The notes under the pieces are model-generated. The model was not told where the DNA came from. It saw only the letters and a program-made list of their open reading frames with translations, and did not search any database. The translations under genes and the position numbers were made by a program. From Octopus sinensis (Eukaryota): 64,000 nucleotides of DNA. Within the stretch, counting starts at the first letter, position 1. Each line of letters begins with the position of its first letter. Below are positions 1 through 13,403 of the stretch, piece after piece. The stretch covers positions 34,658,001-34,722,000 of the forward strand of contig NC_043009.1 of the NCBI RefSeq assembly GCF_006345805.1, written 5' to 3'.

Positions 1-1545
1 ATTGAAAACTGCGAAGTTATCTTCTTTTCATATTTTTCTCCTTTAGCTGATCTGATATTTAGGTATACAAAAGTACGATATCATCTAGGTAGGAAGAGTA
101 GGATGTACTTGTATCCCGTCACTCTTGTGTCTCCTAATTCTATTTGAAAAACCTTCGCAAGTTAATTTAGCTTTCTACATTTCATATCACCAAGCTCAGA
201 ATATAACTCTTTCCTTTTTTTTGGAATGATGCATCTCAAAACAGATATTGATATAAAATACCGTGCAAATATTAGGATAAAAAAATCGTTTGTATAGATA
301 AAGTCGAAGGCTGATGGTGGGACTCGAACCCAATCTCGTGTAAACATAACAGGTGTTCTATTAATAGACCAAAGTAATCTTTCGAATTTCTCCATCGGCC
401 ATATTATCCTGAGCGGGTGCTCGTCGTTTTGATTGAGTTGCAATCACGCGTGAAGCGATGACTGTAGCGGTAAGTTTGGTATCTGAAATGTTATTTGCTG
501 ACGTTTTGTCCTTCAGATCCTGATTCCGAGGACAAAGTAAGTTTTTCATTAATCTTCGAAGCTGGTGACATTTTAGAAACGATATTGTTGCTTATACTCT
601 TACTCTTTTCTCTTTTACTTGTTTCAGTCATTTGACTGCGGCCATGCTGGAGCACCGCCTTTAATCGAGCAACTCGACCCCGGGACTTATTCTTTTGTAA
701 GCCCAGTACTTATTCTATCGGTCTCTTTTGCCTGAACCGCTAAGTAACGGGGACATAAACACACCAGCATCGGTTGTCAAGCAATGCTAGGGGTACAAGC
801 ACAGATACACAAACATACACGCATATATATATATATACATATATACGACGGGCTTCTTTCAGTTTCCGCCTACCAAATCCACTCACAAGGCTTTGGTCGG
901 CCCGAGGCTATAGAAGAAGACACTTGCCCAAGGTGCCACGCAGTGGGACTGAACCCGGAACCATGTGGTTGGTAAACAAGTTACTTACCACACAGCCACT
1001 CCTGCATGTTCATTTTTTCTTTGCATTTGAAGTTCTACTAGTTAGAAAGCCCTCAAATCTGTCTTAATGTTCCAATGCTAACTCATGTTTCTTGTCATCT
1101 CACTATCTTCCATACTCTTTTATGATAGCAAGCCTAAGATCAATCTCATTATCGATGTTCTATGCTGCGAGCTTCATGGCTCGTCGTCCTAGGTGCCGGG
1201 GCAGACATTCATAACCAGGTAAATGACTGACCATTTCTGCCTGTTTTCTTGCCCAATCCTCAGTTTTGAACGCCAGGAGCACACTTACAGATTAATTTCC
1301 TTTATCAATACAGGAGGTATAGTCCCATATGTCATAAGGACCCGTTTTGACTCTTCTGAATGCCGTTGAAGATTCCCTGCCATTTTTCTGAAGCGGAAGT
1401 GTTACCTTTCTTCTTGTTAATTCTAAGATTAATCTCTCATAGAAGTCGACACTTCCGTATATCACACATCGTTACTTTTGTTGGTTTTCCTTTACAGAAG
1501 TTTTATTAATGTCCAATGACTTGTCAAACCACGCTAGAAGAGATC
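1..1545 (-). mobile_element. Heavily decayed R4/Dong-like non-LTR retrotransposon (N-terminal to RT region), interrupted by a SINE at 595-1005
   Basis: Broken minus-strand peptides such as RQKWS..LVMNV, YHKRVWKI, NNISDTKLTATVIASRV and SELGDMKC resemble the better-preserved Dong-like fragments in this window. Confidence 0.45.
595..1005 (-). mobile_element. SINE family A (tRNA head, CORE-like domain, internal TA/CA repeat, second module), near full length
   Basis: Minus strand has A-box TGGCTGTGTGG, B-box GGTTCAGTCCC, CORE-like ACCTTGGGCAAGTG and a tail ending GAAACAAGTAAAAGAG; many copies in the window. Confidence 0.85.
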
Positions 1546-2104
1546 TGTCGTTGTTATTGTTGTTCTTGTTCTTGTTGTTAATAGCTATGTCTGTGTCGTG
1601 TGAATTAATGTTTCAAACTTTGACAATTGAGATACTTCAACTGACAAAGCGAGCCTGTCTAAATAAATTACTTTGCTTTGGTTTTTGTCAGTTTTCCAGG
1701 GGGCGTTTCTGTTTTTTAACGGGGAGAATAAATTTAAACTTGATATGTAAAATATAAACGGTGTGCAAAAAATCAAAAAATGAACAGAACATATTTTTTT
1801 GGCAAATGTTTTGAAAGCTCCCAGTATCTAAAATAATCAAAAAGAAAAAAAAAAAAAATTCAGTAAAACTTGGTAATAATTCAATTTTCTTAGAATTGAC
1901 TCTAGAGATAACCTTTCTTTCTTTTGTCTCGGGTTTTGTTGTAACTTCTGGAGTCTTGCATGTGTAGCGGGCTTGCTGCCTACAGCCTATGGTACGCTGC
2001 TGTCTCTCTGTTTCAACTACCTAATACTTCCTTGATTATTCTGGTCGTGCCAAGGAGGCAAACCTGTAGTAACAGTTATATTGGGCACTCTATTCCGATT
2101 TCCT

Positions 2105-2119
2105 TTATTATTATTGTTG

Positions 2120-2184
<65 letters not shown>
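2105..2184. repeat. (TTA)n microsatellite
   Basis: Directly visible. Confidence 0.95.
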
Positions 2185-2186
<2 letters not shown>

Positions 2187-2574
2187 GTGAGAGAATAGTA
2201 CATGCCATCAAAGTGACTACGAGGCCCAGTATACTCATCATAACTACCCGTCTGATAAGATTACACCAGGCACATGCATCACAACCATATGTGCGCGACA
2301 TAAACAGCACATGATCTTGCAGGTGGGGGCCCAGTTAGAATTTTTTTGGGTCGAGTAGCCTATCACAAACAAAAGGTCCCTGAATAACGGTTGTTTAAAG
2401 ATGTTGAACAAAACATCTATGTTTTCAGAGGTGAATTATCCAAACCCCAAAGAATTTCTTTCAACACATGGCTATGATGATTTTCCACTACTTCTGCTCG
2501 TGATCAGAGATGTATATATCGTCAGCCACTAAGGGACATACGCAACTGGTTAAGGTCAAACAAATGACGAGCAA

Positions 2575-2575
<1 letters not shown>
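2185..2575 (-). mobile_element. Family D repeat: 3' portion of a TAA-targeting retroelement
   Basis: Reverse complement of about 39730-40140; flanked by (TTA)n on both sides. Confidence 0.8.
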
Positions 2576-2622
<47 letters not shown>

Positions 2623-2623
<1 letters not shown>

Positions 2624-4130
2624 GTTTACTTCCCAGAGCTCTCGGTCTTAATTGTTCTGATTGTTTCTGTGAGAGCGGACAACAATCTTGCGGATAATTC
2701 TTGCAGTTCCAGGCAATGTTGATTTTTTAGGTGTTCTACTTTACATTTCAACCAGTCTTTTTGAGCTATTTTGGTAACTGAATGCTAATACTTCCAATTG
2801 AGCCAATTACTGTTGGTATCACGTCTACTCTCTTTATTGACCACAACCTTCGTATTTCCCACTTCAAATCGTCGTAGTTGTTCAGTTTCTTTTCTTCTTT
2901 CTCTTAGATCCTGTTGTCACCGGGACATTCTATATCGATTATCATGCAAGTTTTTTTTCTTTTTTTAGCCACCACAAGAATGTCCGGTTTTAATGCCTGG
3001 TCAGATGATCGCACTGAATCATTGTATCCTGCAGGATTTTGCAATCTTCATTCTCGGTGACTTCTAGAGTTTGCCCAAACCACGTCTTTGCTCTTTGCAG
3101 GTCGTAATTTCCACAGAGCTTCCTGTAGATCATTCTTGCTACATTATCATGCCGTCTTTTCTATTCGCGTTATGCTTGTTTCGGGCATTCGCTAACGATG
3201 TGCCATAACGTTTCACTCCTCTCACCACTCATTCTGCATTTGTCGCTGTCGGTAGTATTGTCGATACTGCACTTCACATAGTTCTTAACGCTTGTTCTTA
3301 TGCTGGGCATATAATTGCTTCTGTATCTTCAGGTCACCCTAACCTACTCACCCATAGCCACTGGCCTTCTGTATCCGTCTTGGCGTTCGTATCTCTTGCA
3401 AACTGTCCGTACATTTTTATCCTTCCGTGCTGTTTCTTTTTTGGTGTTATTTTCCTCTTTAAGTTTTTCTTTCTTTACACAATTATCAGTTTTAATGACG
3501 CCAAACTTCTTCACGTGTTTCAGCAATTGTTCCGCGGTATTTTTTACATACTACCTTAAGCTGTTTTTTTTCTGTTTCGATACAATCCTGGCGACTGATC
3601 AAACCTCTCCCGCCCTTTCTTCTAGACAAGTACACCCTATCAGTGTCACTCTTAGGATGGAAGGCTCCGTTCACCGTCAGAATTTTTCTTGTCATATCCA
3701 TGTTCACCAGTTCATTCTTTTGCCATTTTATGATTCCAGCTCCATACCGATGTGATGCTATCACCCATGTATTAACTACTTGGATTTTATTCCATCCGGT
3801 CAGTTTCGAGTGTAACACCACTCTTAGTCTTCGAAAATATTCCACCCTCAGTTGTTCCTTCATTTCCTTCTCCATGATTTCGTTGAACTCTAGTTTGCCA
3901 AGGTATTTGTAGCCTTCCTTTACGATTTGCTTACTGAGTTTTCTATTACGTAATTCTATCCCTGCTAGGGACTGTATATTTCCTTTTTTCAGGTACATTA
4001 TACGACACTCCATTCTAATATCAGCGCAAAAACAGTGGACTGTGTTAAAAAAAGAACCCTCTCGTACCTCATTCTTGTCATACAGCCTCAAATCATCCAT
4101 GAAGAGGAGATGGTCGATTGTTTGAAACAA
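2623..4130 (-). mobile_element. 5'-truncated R4/Dong-like LINE: RT C-terminal half, CCHC knuckle and restriction-like endonuclease, frameshifted
   Basis: ORF 3492-4130 contains HLLFMDDLRLY, YKYLG and FHPKSDTDRVYLSRRKGGRGL; downstream KCRMSGERSETLWHIVSECP, RRHDNVAR and KPDILVV..CMIIDIECP; ends at (TAA)n. Confidence 0.9.
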
Positions 4131-4279
4131 AAAGCAACGGAAATAATCTATTGCAATATCTGTACTCTTGGTTTCTTTTTTTCTTTTACCTACAACAACA
4201 ATATCTAATCTGCGAGCATCGATTAGGAAGTCACATTAGATTGTAAAATATCACAATTTCTTCTTCTTCTTCTTCTTCT

Positions 4280-4568
4280 TGAGTGAGAGAGCAGTGCATG
4301 CCATCAAAGTGACACCGGGGTAAAATATACCAAGCTCAGTATACCCATCATGACTACCCATCTGATAAGGGTACAACAGGCGCGCACCAGGACCACTCTT
4401 CTTAAATAGTACCAAAGGCCGCTTCCTTCAAGTCTTCCACAGGTTCCTTTATCTAATTCCATCGATGTTATTGGATTAGATTTGTTTTTGAATGGGGAGC
4501 CCGGTTTAGTACATCCATGTTGTTATTGAGTGCGGGCCTCTTCTCTGTTATTGAGCACGGGCCTCTTC
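4280..4568 (-). mobile_element. Short family D derivative: the family D 3' end joined to a putative 5' end
   Basis: 4280-4380 matches the family D 3' terminus; 4381-4568 is unique, carries two copies of a 25-bp repeat and abuts (TTA)n. Confidence 0.6.
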
Positions 4569-4618
4569 TATTATTATTATTATTATTATCATTATCATCA
4601 TCATCATCATCATCATCA

Positions 4619-4668
<50 letters not shown>

Positions 4669-4669
<1 letters not shown>

Positions 4670-4831
4670 TATGTTTGACTTTTGCTTTATGTCTGTACAA
4701 GTTGGCTCCAAGTCTCACCCAGAGACCTCAAGAGACAACAGGTTGGAAGTTCTGTGCCATATATTTGGGGTTTTTTTTTTTTTTTTTTTTTTGGTGTTGT
4801 ACTAGTGAATGTCTAATACATAAAAAAAATA

Positions 4832-4862
<31 letters not shown>

Positions 4863-4921
4863 TAAAAAGTTTGTTTTAAACCTTGGGATTACATAGAGAG
4901 TATTTTGCGTAGGATATGAGC

Positions 4922-4923
<2 letters not shown>
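4669..4923 (-). mobile_element. Extreme 3' end of a Dong-like LINE (AHILRKILSM* plus 3' UTR), copy 1
   Basis: C-terminal peptide matches AHILRRTLSIQ of the 62480-62719 ORF; (TTA)n on both sides. Confidence 0.8.
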
Positions 4924-4974
<51 letters not shown>

Positions 4975-5016
4975 TATTATTATTATTATTTTATTATTAT
5001 TATTATTATTATTATT

Positions 5017-5175
5017 CTATGTTTGACTTTTGCTTTATGTCTGTACAAGTTGGCTCCAAGTCTCACCCAGAGACCTCAAGAGACAACAGGTTGGAAGTTC
5101 TGTGCCATATATTTGGGGTTTTTTTTTTTTTTTTTTGGTGTTGTACTAGTGAATGTCTAATACATAAAAAAAATA

Positions 5176-5206
<31 letters not shown>

Positions 5207-5267
5207 TAAAAAGTTTGTTTTAAACCTTGGGATTACATAGAGAGTATTTTGCGTAGGATATGAGCAT
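5017..5267 (-). mobile_element. Tandem copy 2 of 4669-4923
   Basis: Identical to copy 1 apart from poly-T length. Confidence 0.85.
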
Positions 5268-5285
5268 TTATTATTATTATTATTA

Positions 5286-5324
<39 letters not shown>

Positions 5325-5336
5325 CATTATTATACC

Positions 5337-5480
5337 CGAGTTCAAATGTAGTCTAAATCATCTTTGAATTTCATCCATCCGGGAGAGATGGATTAAATGC
5401 CTGCCAAGAAATGACGTCGGTAAATTGACTATATCCTTCCCACTAAATGTGAGGCTTCATTCTAATTTTAGAAAACAGCG
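5337..5480 (+). mobile_element. Degenerate SINE family C (Meta-domain-like) fragment
   Basis: GAGTTCAAAT..TTTCATCCATCCGGG..GATTAAAT resembles 50240-50385. Confidence 0.5.
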
Positions 5481-5989
5481 TAATTATTATAATCATTTGT
5501 TTGTCATTTAGATAAATAACATAATGTCTCGATGATTGATGAATTGGGATTTTCAGTAGAAATCTCTATTTAAATAAATAAATGCTTGTATAAAAATAAA
5601 TATATTATGTAATCATTTTCTTCTAATCAAGATTAAATGAAATTAGAATAATTTCATTGTACTTCCTACTTTTAAAGTCTTAATTACATTTCTTTCCTTT
5701 TGTTGTGCACTTAATAGACGTGCCTTTTGATTCACAAGACTAAGAACAAATTTTGGATGTAATGCATGATATTTCATATGAGTGACAGCTGTTTTATTCA
5801 GGTGGAGATAGGTATAGTTTATATCACATCCCCCAAAGTTATCAAGACAATATAATAAATAGCCCCACACATTTCTTATCAGGTTTCTCATCTCTGCTCT
5901 TATATTATAGTTATTTATTATATCACGAGTGTTTCTTAAAACAATTCAAAAGATATTAACGGAAATATGTCATTCAGCCTGTACCCTTA

Positions 5990-6550
5990 CAAAAGTTTTC
6001 TGGTATATCGCTGCGCCACGTTTCGGATCTACCGCTTAAGACAAAACATTGGCGCTCAAAAACAACCAAATCTCAACTCCACAAATTGGAATGGTCTCAT
6101 TGGTAGCACACATACTAGCACATTTGGAGAGTAACTGGAAACTTAAACAACTTCTCCGCTGCCTCCCCAGGATCACTAGCGATATTAGACGTACCTTCAG
6201 TCATGATACAGGTTGGAAGTGCACCAGAATAACAGCAGCAGAAGACATGCAAACAGTCCAAGAACATCTTGGAGAAAAGCAGAAAACTTCCCCTCAAGAA
6301 ACTGCAAGTCTCATCCAGAATTCTACATTGCTAGCACTTACTTTTAACCATGAAGGTATAACTTACCAGCGATCCCGAGGCCTTTCCATGGAATAAAGAC
6401 GTAGTTGGATCCTGGCAACCCTTAGAGTTTAAGGGCATATATCAATGCATATTCTGTCGGAACACACAGATGCCACATGCCATCGAGTTTCCGAAATACA
6501 TATTAAAGAAATAAAACTCACCTTGAGCTACCAAACCGAGTTTCTCACCC
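5990..6550 (+). pseudogene. Possible Penelope-like RT fragment
   Basis: ORF 6049-6396 ends TFNHEGITYQRSRGLSM, similar to the PLE RT motif F.F....Y.Q..G..MG. Confidence 0.35.
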
Positions 6551-6552
6551 AT

Positions 6553-6603
<51 letters not shown>

Positions 6604-6992
6604 TACATGTTTTATAATTATAGATGTAAATAATTCGCAATTATAACGTGCATTATAACGTGTTGAGCAAGTGTTTAGCAGAGTGCTAAATTAAATTAAA
6701 ATAAAATCAGGTGTAGAGCAAAAGTGGATTGATGTTCAGTTGATACATATATGTATTTAAACAGCCATCTATCCGTATGAAGTATTTGTAGTTGACCCTC
6801 CCAGGGATGCATGACATTCAATAATATTAGCTATAAGAATGTGTCTTAATTTAGTTTATTTATGATTTAATATTCTATTTAATTTATTTTAGTCATTTAA
6901 CTACTTTCGTTTGTAGATATATAAATTCCCCTCTTCAAATTATTCTTTTCTTGCTTGTATATATTCAAAACAGCGGCCATTTCTTTACGAGT

Positions 6993-7128
<136 letters not shown>

Positions 7129-7326
7129 TTTAGTTTATACGTATGTATAATTTATAGGGTTTTCTATTAATCTATTTATGTACATTTAGTATGCGGCTTT
7201 GTATATGTACATTTGTCTATGCGTGTGCGTATATATATGTATGAATGTTTGTATGTGTATGTTAGTACATATGGATTTTAAACGCAAATACATTTTACAT
7301 ATATCAATATTTAAATATATATAAAG

Positions 7327-8587
7327 GGACAAAATAATGGAAACAACTATCATCATAATTTCGAAATATCGATAAAACCGTCAAAAGCTTATTTATTTTT
7401 ATGGTTTTTGATTTATTATTAGTATTGCTTAATATGTTTTGCTAAAATTGCCGTTTCTTTTCATATATCATCAGAAAAAGGTATTTAAAATTCATTAAAA
7501 TGACAGATCTGTCGGACTTTCAAAAAGGTCTAATTGTTGGTACTCGTATGGCAGGCGCTAGCGTAACGAAAACAGCCGAAATGCTTGGTGTATCAAGAAG
7601 TACTGTCTCGAAAGTAATGACAGCCTTTGAGAAAGAGGGAAAAACCTCGTCGAAACAAAACTCCAGAAGTACCCAAAACTTTCAGATAGGGACCGTCGGA
7701 CTCTTATGCAAATTGTTAGGAAGGATGGTAAAAGTACAGCTCCAAAAATTACTACAGAGCTTAATGACCACCTCGAGAAGTCAGTTTCCACAAAATTTGT
7801 TCGCCAGGAGTTGCACAAAGCCGGATTTCACGGAAGGGCTGCAATCAGAAAACCACAACTTTCAAAAACAAACGTTGCAAAGCGTTTACAGTGGAGTAAG
7901 AACCTACAGAATTGGTGTCTAGAGCAGTTTAAGAATGTCATTTCCTCGGACGAGTCATCCTTTATTCTATTTCCGACTACCGGCCGAGACAGACAAAAGA
8001 AGCATTTGACCCAAACTGTCTTCTTCCAACTGTTAAACATGGAGGTGAATCTGTGATGATCTGGTGCGTGTGTATGTGTGTGTGGGAGGGCTATATCTTG
8101 GAAATCCGCCAGCCCAATGGTTTCTCTTCATGGCAGAATTAATAGTCAAAAGTATTTAAGCATTTTATCTGATCAAATTCATCCTATGGTTGCGGAATTG
8201 ATTCCGGAGGGAAGTGCTATCTTTCAGGATGATAATGCACCAATTCACGCAGTTAAAGTTGTTACTGAATGGCACGAGGAACATTCTAGTGAAGTTGAAT
8301 ATCTTATCTGGCCACCACAGGTCCCAGATCTCAATATTATTGAACATTTATGGTGCATTTTAGAAAAACTAGTAAGGAGTCGATATCCTCCACCATCATC
8401 ACTACAACAGCTGGAGGCTGTTTTAGCTGAAGAATGGACAAAATTCCTTTGGAAACAATTCAAACTTTGTACGAGTCCATACATCGTAGAATTCAAGCTG
8501 TAATTACTGCCAAAGGTGGTCCTATCCCATATTAAAATAAATTTGTTTGAAATTTTAAGGTGTTTCCATTATTTTGTCCAACCCCTG
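7327..8587 (+). mobile_element. Tc1-family DNA transposon, near full length, with DD36E spacing
   Basis: TIR GGACAAAATAATGGAAACA at 7327-7345 and its complement within 8561-8587, followed by TA. Confidence 0.92.
7500..8503 (+). pseudogene. Frameshifted Tc1 transposase
   Basis: Paired-like HTH (MTDLSDFQKGLIVG), SDESSF, FQDDNAPIH and WPPQVPDLNIIEHLW spread over three ORFs. Confidence 0.92.
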
Positions 8588-10051
8588 TACATACACGTAT
8601 ATATTTACACATATTTGTTGGATGGCTGTTGACTACTCATGAGTTCCTTCCACCTTTGACGGGTCTTATTTCATTGTTTTGTATATTTTCATATATGTGT
8701 ATATATATATTTTTCCTTATTTTTATATATATCTTATTTTATTTATATTTTTAAATTACATATCTTTTACATTTTTTTATGTCTGTGTAAGCCGCTCGAC
8801 GTCGGAGTGATATTTAATCATTCTGTGGAGCGTTTGGGTGACGGTTTGATATCCGGCCCGGAATAGCCTACCTCACGGGCAGGTAGAAGCTCTTTAACAT
8901 TGGTTGGTAATCTATCTAGGAGCAGGAAATCTCCAAAATAAAACCTGAACCCTTGGAATTTCCCAATTTTGTCAATATCACACTGGTGAAAGTCTTCTTG
9001 GGCCAATAGGTGGGGGTTGTACAGTGCAAGATGCACCCACTGAAAAATTATTCACCTGCACAGATACTTCTTGCACGTACACGCGTATTAGTGTGAACAG
9101 GTAGGTGTAGCTGTTTTTACGTGTGTATTTGATATATATTTATATATATATATACTTTTAGGTATATATGTCCTTATACTCTCTCTCTGATAATGTTTTC
9201 TTTATACTTTCTACATCCCTCACTATCAAACTTGCTTTTCGATGCATATTTGTTATAATCGCATTGGTAGCTTACCAGCTTCTTCCCCTCCCCTCTTATA
9301 ACATACAACAGTTGCTTTCTCCCTCTCTTTCTTTTTCTTACATCTTCCTCTCAGTTCTTTCTTTCACCTTCTTTTACTTTCTCCTTCCCCCTTCGCCCCA
9401 CTATCAGGTATTGGTACACTCCTTTATTCATTTACTTTTCCTTTTTTTTTCTCCTTCACTTGCGAGTTTATATGGACATATATACATTGTAGATGTATTT
9501 ACAAGTGTGTGTATATGTATATACATTTTTATATGTATGTATATGTGTATGTATATTCATATGCCCGTAATATATGCGCTATGTATGTGTGAGTATGTCT
9601 ATGTGTTATGTGTATGTGTGTGTTATGATTTGTATATATATATGTGTATACGTATGAGTAAGTATATTTGTTCGTATATGTCTTCATGTATGTATGTATG
9701 TATGTATGTATGTACGTATGTATTGTACATCGTACACTCTATTGAACTTTTCATCGATGGTTTCTCATTTACATTTTATTTAACACCAACCTTGCGATCC
9801 TATTCTTTCAATTTAATTATCAATTATTAATTATTTTCTGGATGTACATTCTACCCGTTTTGCACAGGATTTGTTTTTTCGATCTTCTCTTAATATATTT
9901 ATATTCTTATTTTACTTCTAATTTTTACATCTCCCAACTACCCAACATGTAACATAAACTACACCGTTATATTTTGAAAATCAGGCACCTAATCAAATTT
10001 AAATGCTTATTCGTTGAATTGAATTATATCATATCATATTATATTATATGT

Positions 10052-10378
10052 GTGGAGGCGCAATGGCCCAGACTGGCGGTCATTGGATCGCGGTTTCGAT
10101 TTCCAGACCGGGCGTTGTGAGTGTTTATTGAGCGAAAAAACCTAAATCTCCACGAGGCTCCGGCAGGGGGTGGTGGCGAACCCTTCTGTGTTCTTTCACC
10201 ACAACTTTCTCTCACTCTTTCTTCCTGTTTCTGCTGTAGCTGTATTACAAAGGGTCAGCCTTGTCACACTGTGTCGCACTGAATCTCCCCGAGGGCTACG
10301 TTAAGGGTACACGTGTCTGTGGAATGCTCAGTTACTTGTACGTTAATTTCACGAGAAGGCTGTTCCGTTGATCGGATC
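10052..10378 (+). mobile_element. SINE family B, diverged copy
   Basis: Colinear with the reverse complement of 27693-28080. Confidence 0.85.
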
Positions 10379-10852
10379 TCTGGTAGTAGTAGAAGTAGTA
10401 GTAGTAGTAGTAATAATAATAATGATGATGATGATGATAATAATAATAATAATAATAGTAATAATAATAATGATGATGATGATGATGTTTATCATTACAG
10501 AAAACCCTATGTAACAACACAGTAAGTTAGAAATAATTTTCCATGATATTGTGTAGTTCTCGTCGATCTTTGTCGAATGAACTAAAGATCAAAGACATTG
10601 CATCTGTGAACATCTCGCCTTTTCATATATCTGTGTCTACAATGCGGAACTCAAATATCTCACTAATTTCAAGCGACTTATTTGAGGGAGATTTGGTTGT
10701 TAACTGTAGCAGGTCGAGTGAAAGTCTAAATTGTAAGCTAAATTTACTGTCTATTAAAAATAACCTGATCCAATAAGTCACTGGTCATTGTCTGTTGCCA
10801 AAATAATTCAGAGGAAAAAAGTATTGCGTGACTTTTTATGAATACTATGGTC

Positions 10853-11082
10853 TACTCTTTACTCTTTTACTCTTTTACTTGTTTCACTCATTTGACTGCG
10901 GCCATGCTGGAGCACCGCCTTTAATCGAGCAACTCGACCCTGGGACTTATTCTTTATTGTAAGCCCAGTACTTATTCTATCGGTCTCTTTTGCCGAACCG
11001 CTAAGTAACGGGGACATAAACACACCAGCATCGGTTGTCAAGAAATGCTAGGGGGACAAACACAGACACACAAACAAACATA

Positions 11083-11128
<46 letters not shown>

Positions 11129-11279
11129 TATACGACGGGCTTCTTTCAGTTTCCGTCTACCAAATCCACTCACAAAGATTTGGTCGGCCCGAGGCTATAG
11201 TAGAAGATACTTGCCCAAGGTGCCACGCAGTGGGACTGAACCCGGAACCATGTGGTTGGTAAACAAGCTATTTACCACA
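10853..11279 (-). mobile_element. SINE family A
   Basis: Near-identical to 595-1005. Confidence 0.88.
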
Positions 11280-12702
11280 TTAAACTTCTGAAGAAAAAAG
11301 AAAATAAATTTGAGACACGGCTGTCAACGTTTTTCCAGTTTCAGGAAGCCCACTGGAATCTGTTTTCATGGGCACAGTTAACGTATCGAGTTTTCTTTGA
11401 TCTCTTCTAATAACAACAACAACAACTATAACAATAGCAAAGAAATAATACAGTTGGGACTTTTACCTGGTCACCGGATCTACTAAAATTAGTAGCCTCC
11501 AGAGTGATCCTCCAGAGACATCTTTCTATTAAAGAAAAAAGAGAGGATATATTGGATAATGTTGTTCTCCAAAGTAAGGTGAGATTGCTACGCTTCATAG
11601 ATCTGTCCAATGAGGATTTACCTGGCTTTCAACAGCAGCAGCAACAACAACAACATCTGAAGACAAGCAAGCAGACAAGCTATTTCGGTACTATCAGAAG
11701 TGAGCTAGGAACCAAAGAAAAATAATCCGGACATACATTGTGAGAAGTGTATAACAACATAGATACGGAATACAATTATTATGCAAAATGTTCATGAAGA
11801 AGACAGAACTGCGTTCTTTAAGAAGAGGGCAACTCTAAACGTAAGATTGCTTCTCTTGCACATAGTAAACTAACATATTTCACTGCGTGAACTGTTTGTA
11901 CTTATTGCTACGACAGACCAAATAATTCCCTAAGTTTACTGTTTCACGAGCAATTATTATTGTTATACATTAGTCTAGAAACTTGAGTACTGAATCTATT
12001 TCGTGTAAGCACCGTAACACCAGAGACATTATATGTTTAAGTGGTGGGAAAATGGAGTAGGAGATTGAATCCATCGTCAGGTTTCACATAACTCCGCTTA
12101 CATGGAGAAAAATTGTGTTTTCGATGGAAAGCATTCAAAGAAAGACTGGTAGCGTAAACTCAGGCATTCATACGAATGTGTGAGCATGTAGGTATGTTCG
12201 CGTGTACGCCTCTTTGTATCTGCGCACACGTGCGCGCGCATGTTCAGCCGTTTGTGCATGTGTAAAATTTATATTACAAGCGCATACATGTATACACATG
12301 CACACTGCCAAATACACAGACACGCACCCACCCGAACTATCAATTTAGTTATTGAAGCTAAAACTTCCCTCCGTTACAACTCTAGGTTTCACGTTTTCAT
12401 TTTTCACAACCGAAATGTGAAACTCGGAGTTGCAACGGAAGGAAACTTCCAGTTTTCAATAATTGAATAAACTCCGTTATGTGTTTTGAGTATTTTCTTC
12501 CCAGGTTTGTAAATCAAGCCTGTGTATACATACATACATACATACATAATACATACATACATACATACATACATACATACATACAAACAAATCTCTCTAT
12601 GTATGTATGTATGTATGTATGTATTTATGTATGTATGTATGTATCTATCTATTTATCTATCTATCTCTAAACACATATACATGAATATGCGTATGTATGT
12701 AC

Positions 12703-12747
<45 letters not shown>

Positions 12748-12754
12748 GTATGTG

Positions 12755-13050
12755 TAATTTTTCAATGTGTACAAATAACACGGAAAAATATATAATTAGC
12801 TACCAGGGTAGCAAAAATTTCACATAAGTACCAAGGATGTTACAGTCTACTTATAAAGGTAGAATTTCCAGGGTTTAGTGAAATGTTTTTGTTTAACTGA
12901 TAAAGAAAGAAATGCAGTTAAACACAGGTGTTATTTAAATTTTTAAACTTCCGACATATGTTTCGAAGAAAACATTCTTATTATTTCAGAGGGAGTAAAA
13001 CGATGTAAAACAATGCGATTTTTTCATCAGAGGGAAAAACAACACACATC
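12755..13050 (-). repeat. Family H PLE-type pseudo-LTR with a decayed HHR; left arm of an inverted repeat
   Basis: About 12900-13048 is the inverted copy of about 13227-13377; 12800-12875 matches 40245-40310. Confidence 0.7.
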
Positions 13051-13242
13051 TATCGCACTACATTCCTCCACTCCTAGTTTGCTGATATTTTCTTTCTTTC
13101 TCTCCCTTCTCTTTCTCTAACTTGCATTTGACGTTAAATCTATTAACGTTTAAAAAAAAACAAACTTGCCAGCATTCTCTTCCTCATATGCGCAGTCATT
13201 ACATTCATTTAAAATGGCTTATTGTTGTGTGTTGTTTGTTTC

Positions 13243-13331
13243 TTCCCTGATGAGAAGACGATAGCATTGTTTTACATCATTTTATTCCCTCTGGAATAAT
13301 ACCAGTGTTTTCTTCGAAACATATGTCGGAG
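13243..13331 (+). ncRNA. Type I hammerhead ribozyme with minimal palindromic stem III
   Basis: ttcc-CTGATGA-gaaga..tcttc-GAAAC-atat-GTC-ggag; stems I, II and III all pair. Confidence 0.75.
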
Positions 13332-13403
13332 AGTATAAGAGTTGAATAACGCCTGCGTTTACCTCCATTTCTTTATGTATGTGTATATATATATATATAT
13401 ATA

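Noticed and set aside
1225-1270. Minus-strand CTGAGGA..GAAA..GTC
   Set aside because: Stems I and II do not pair, and it lies within a LINE coding remnant
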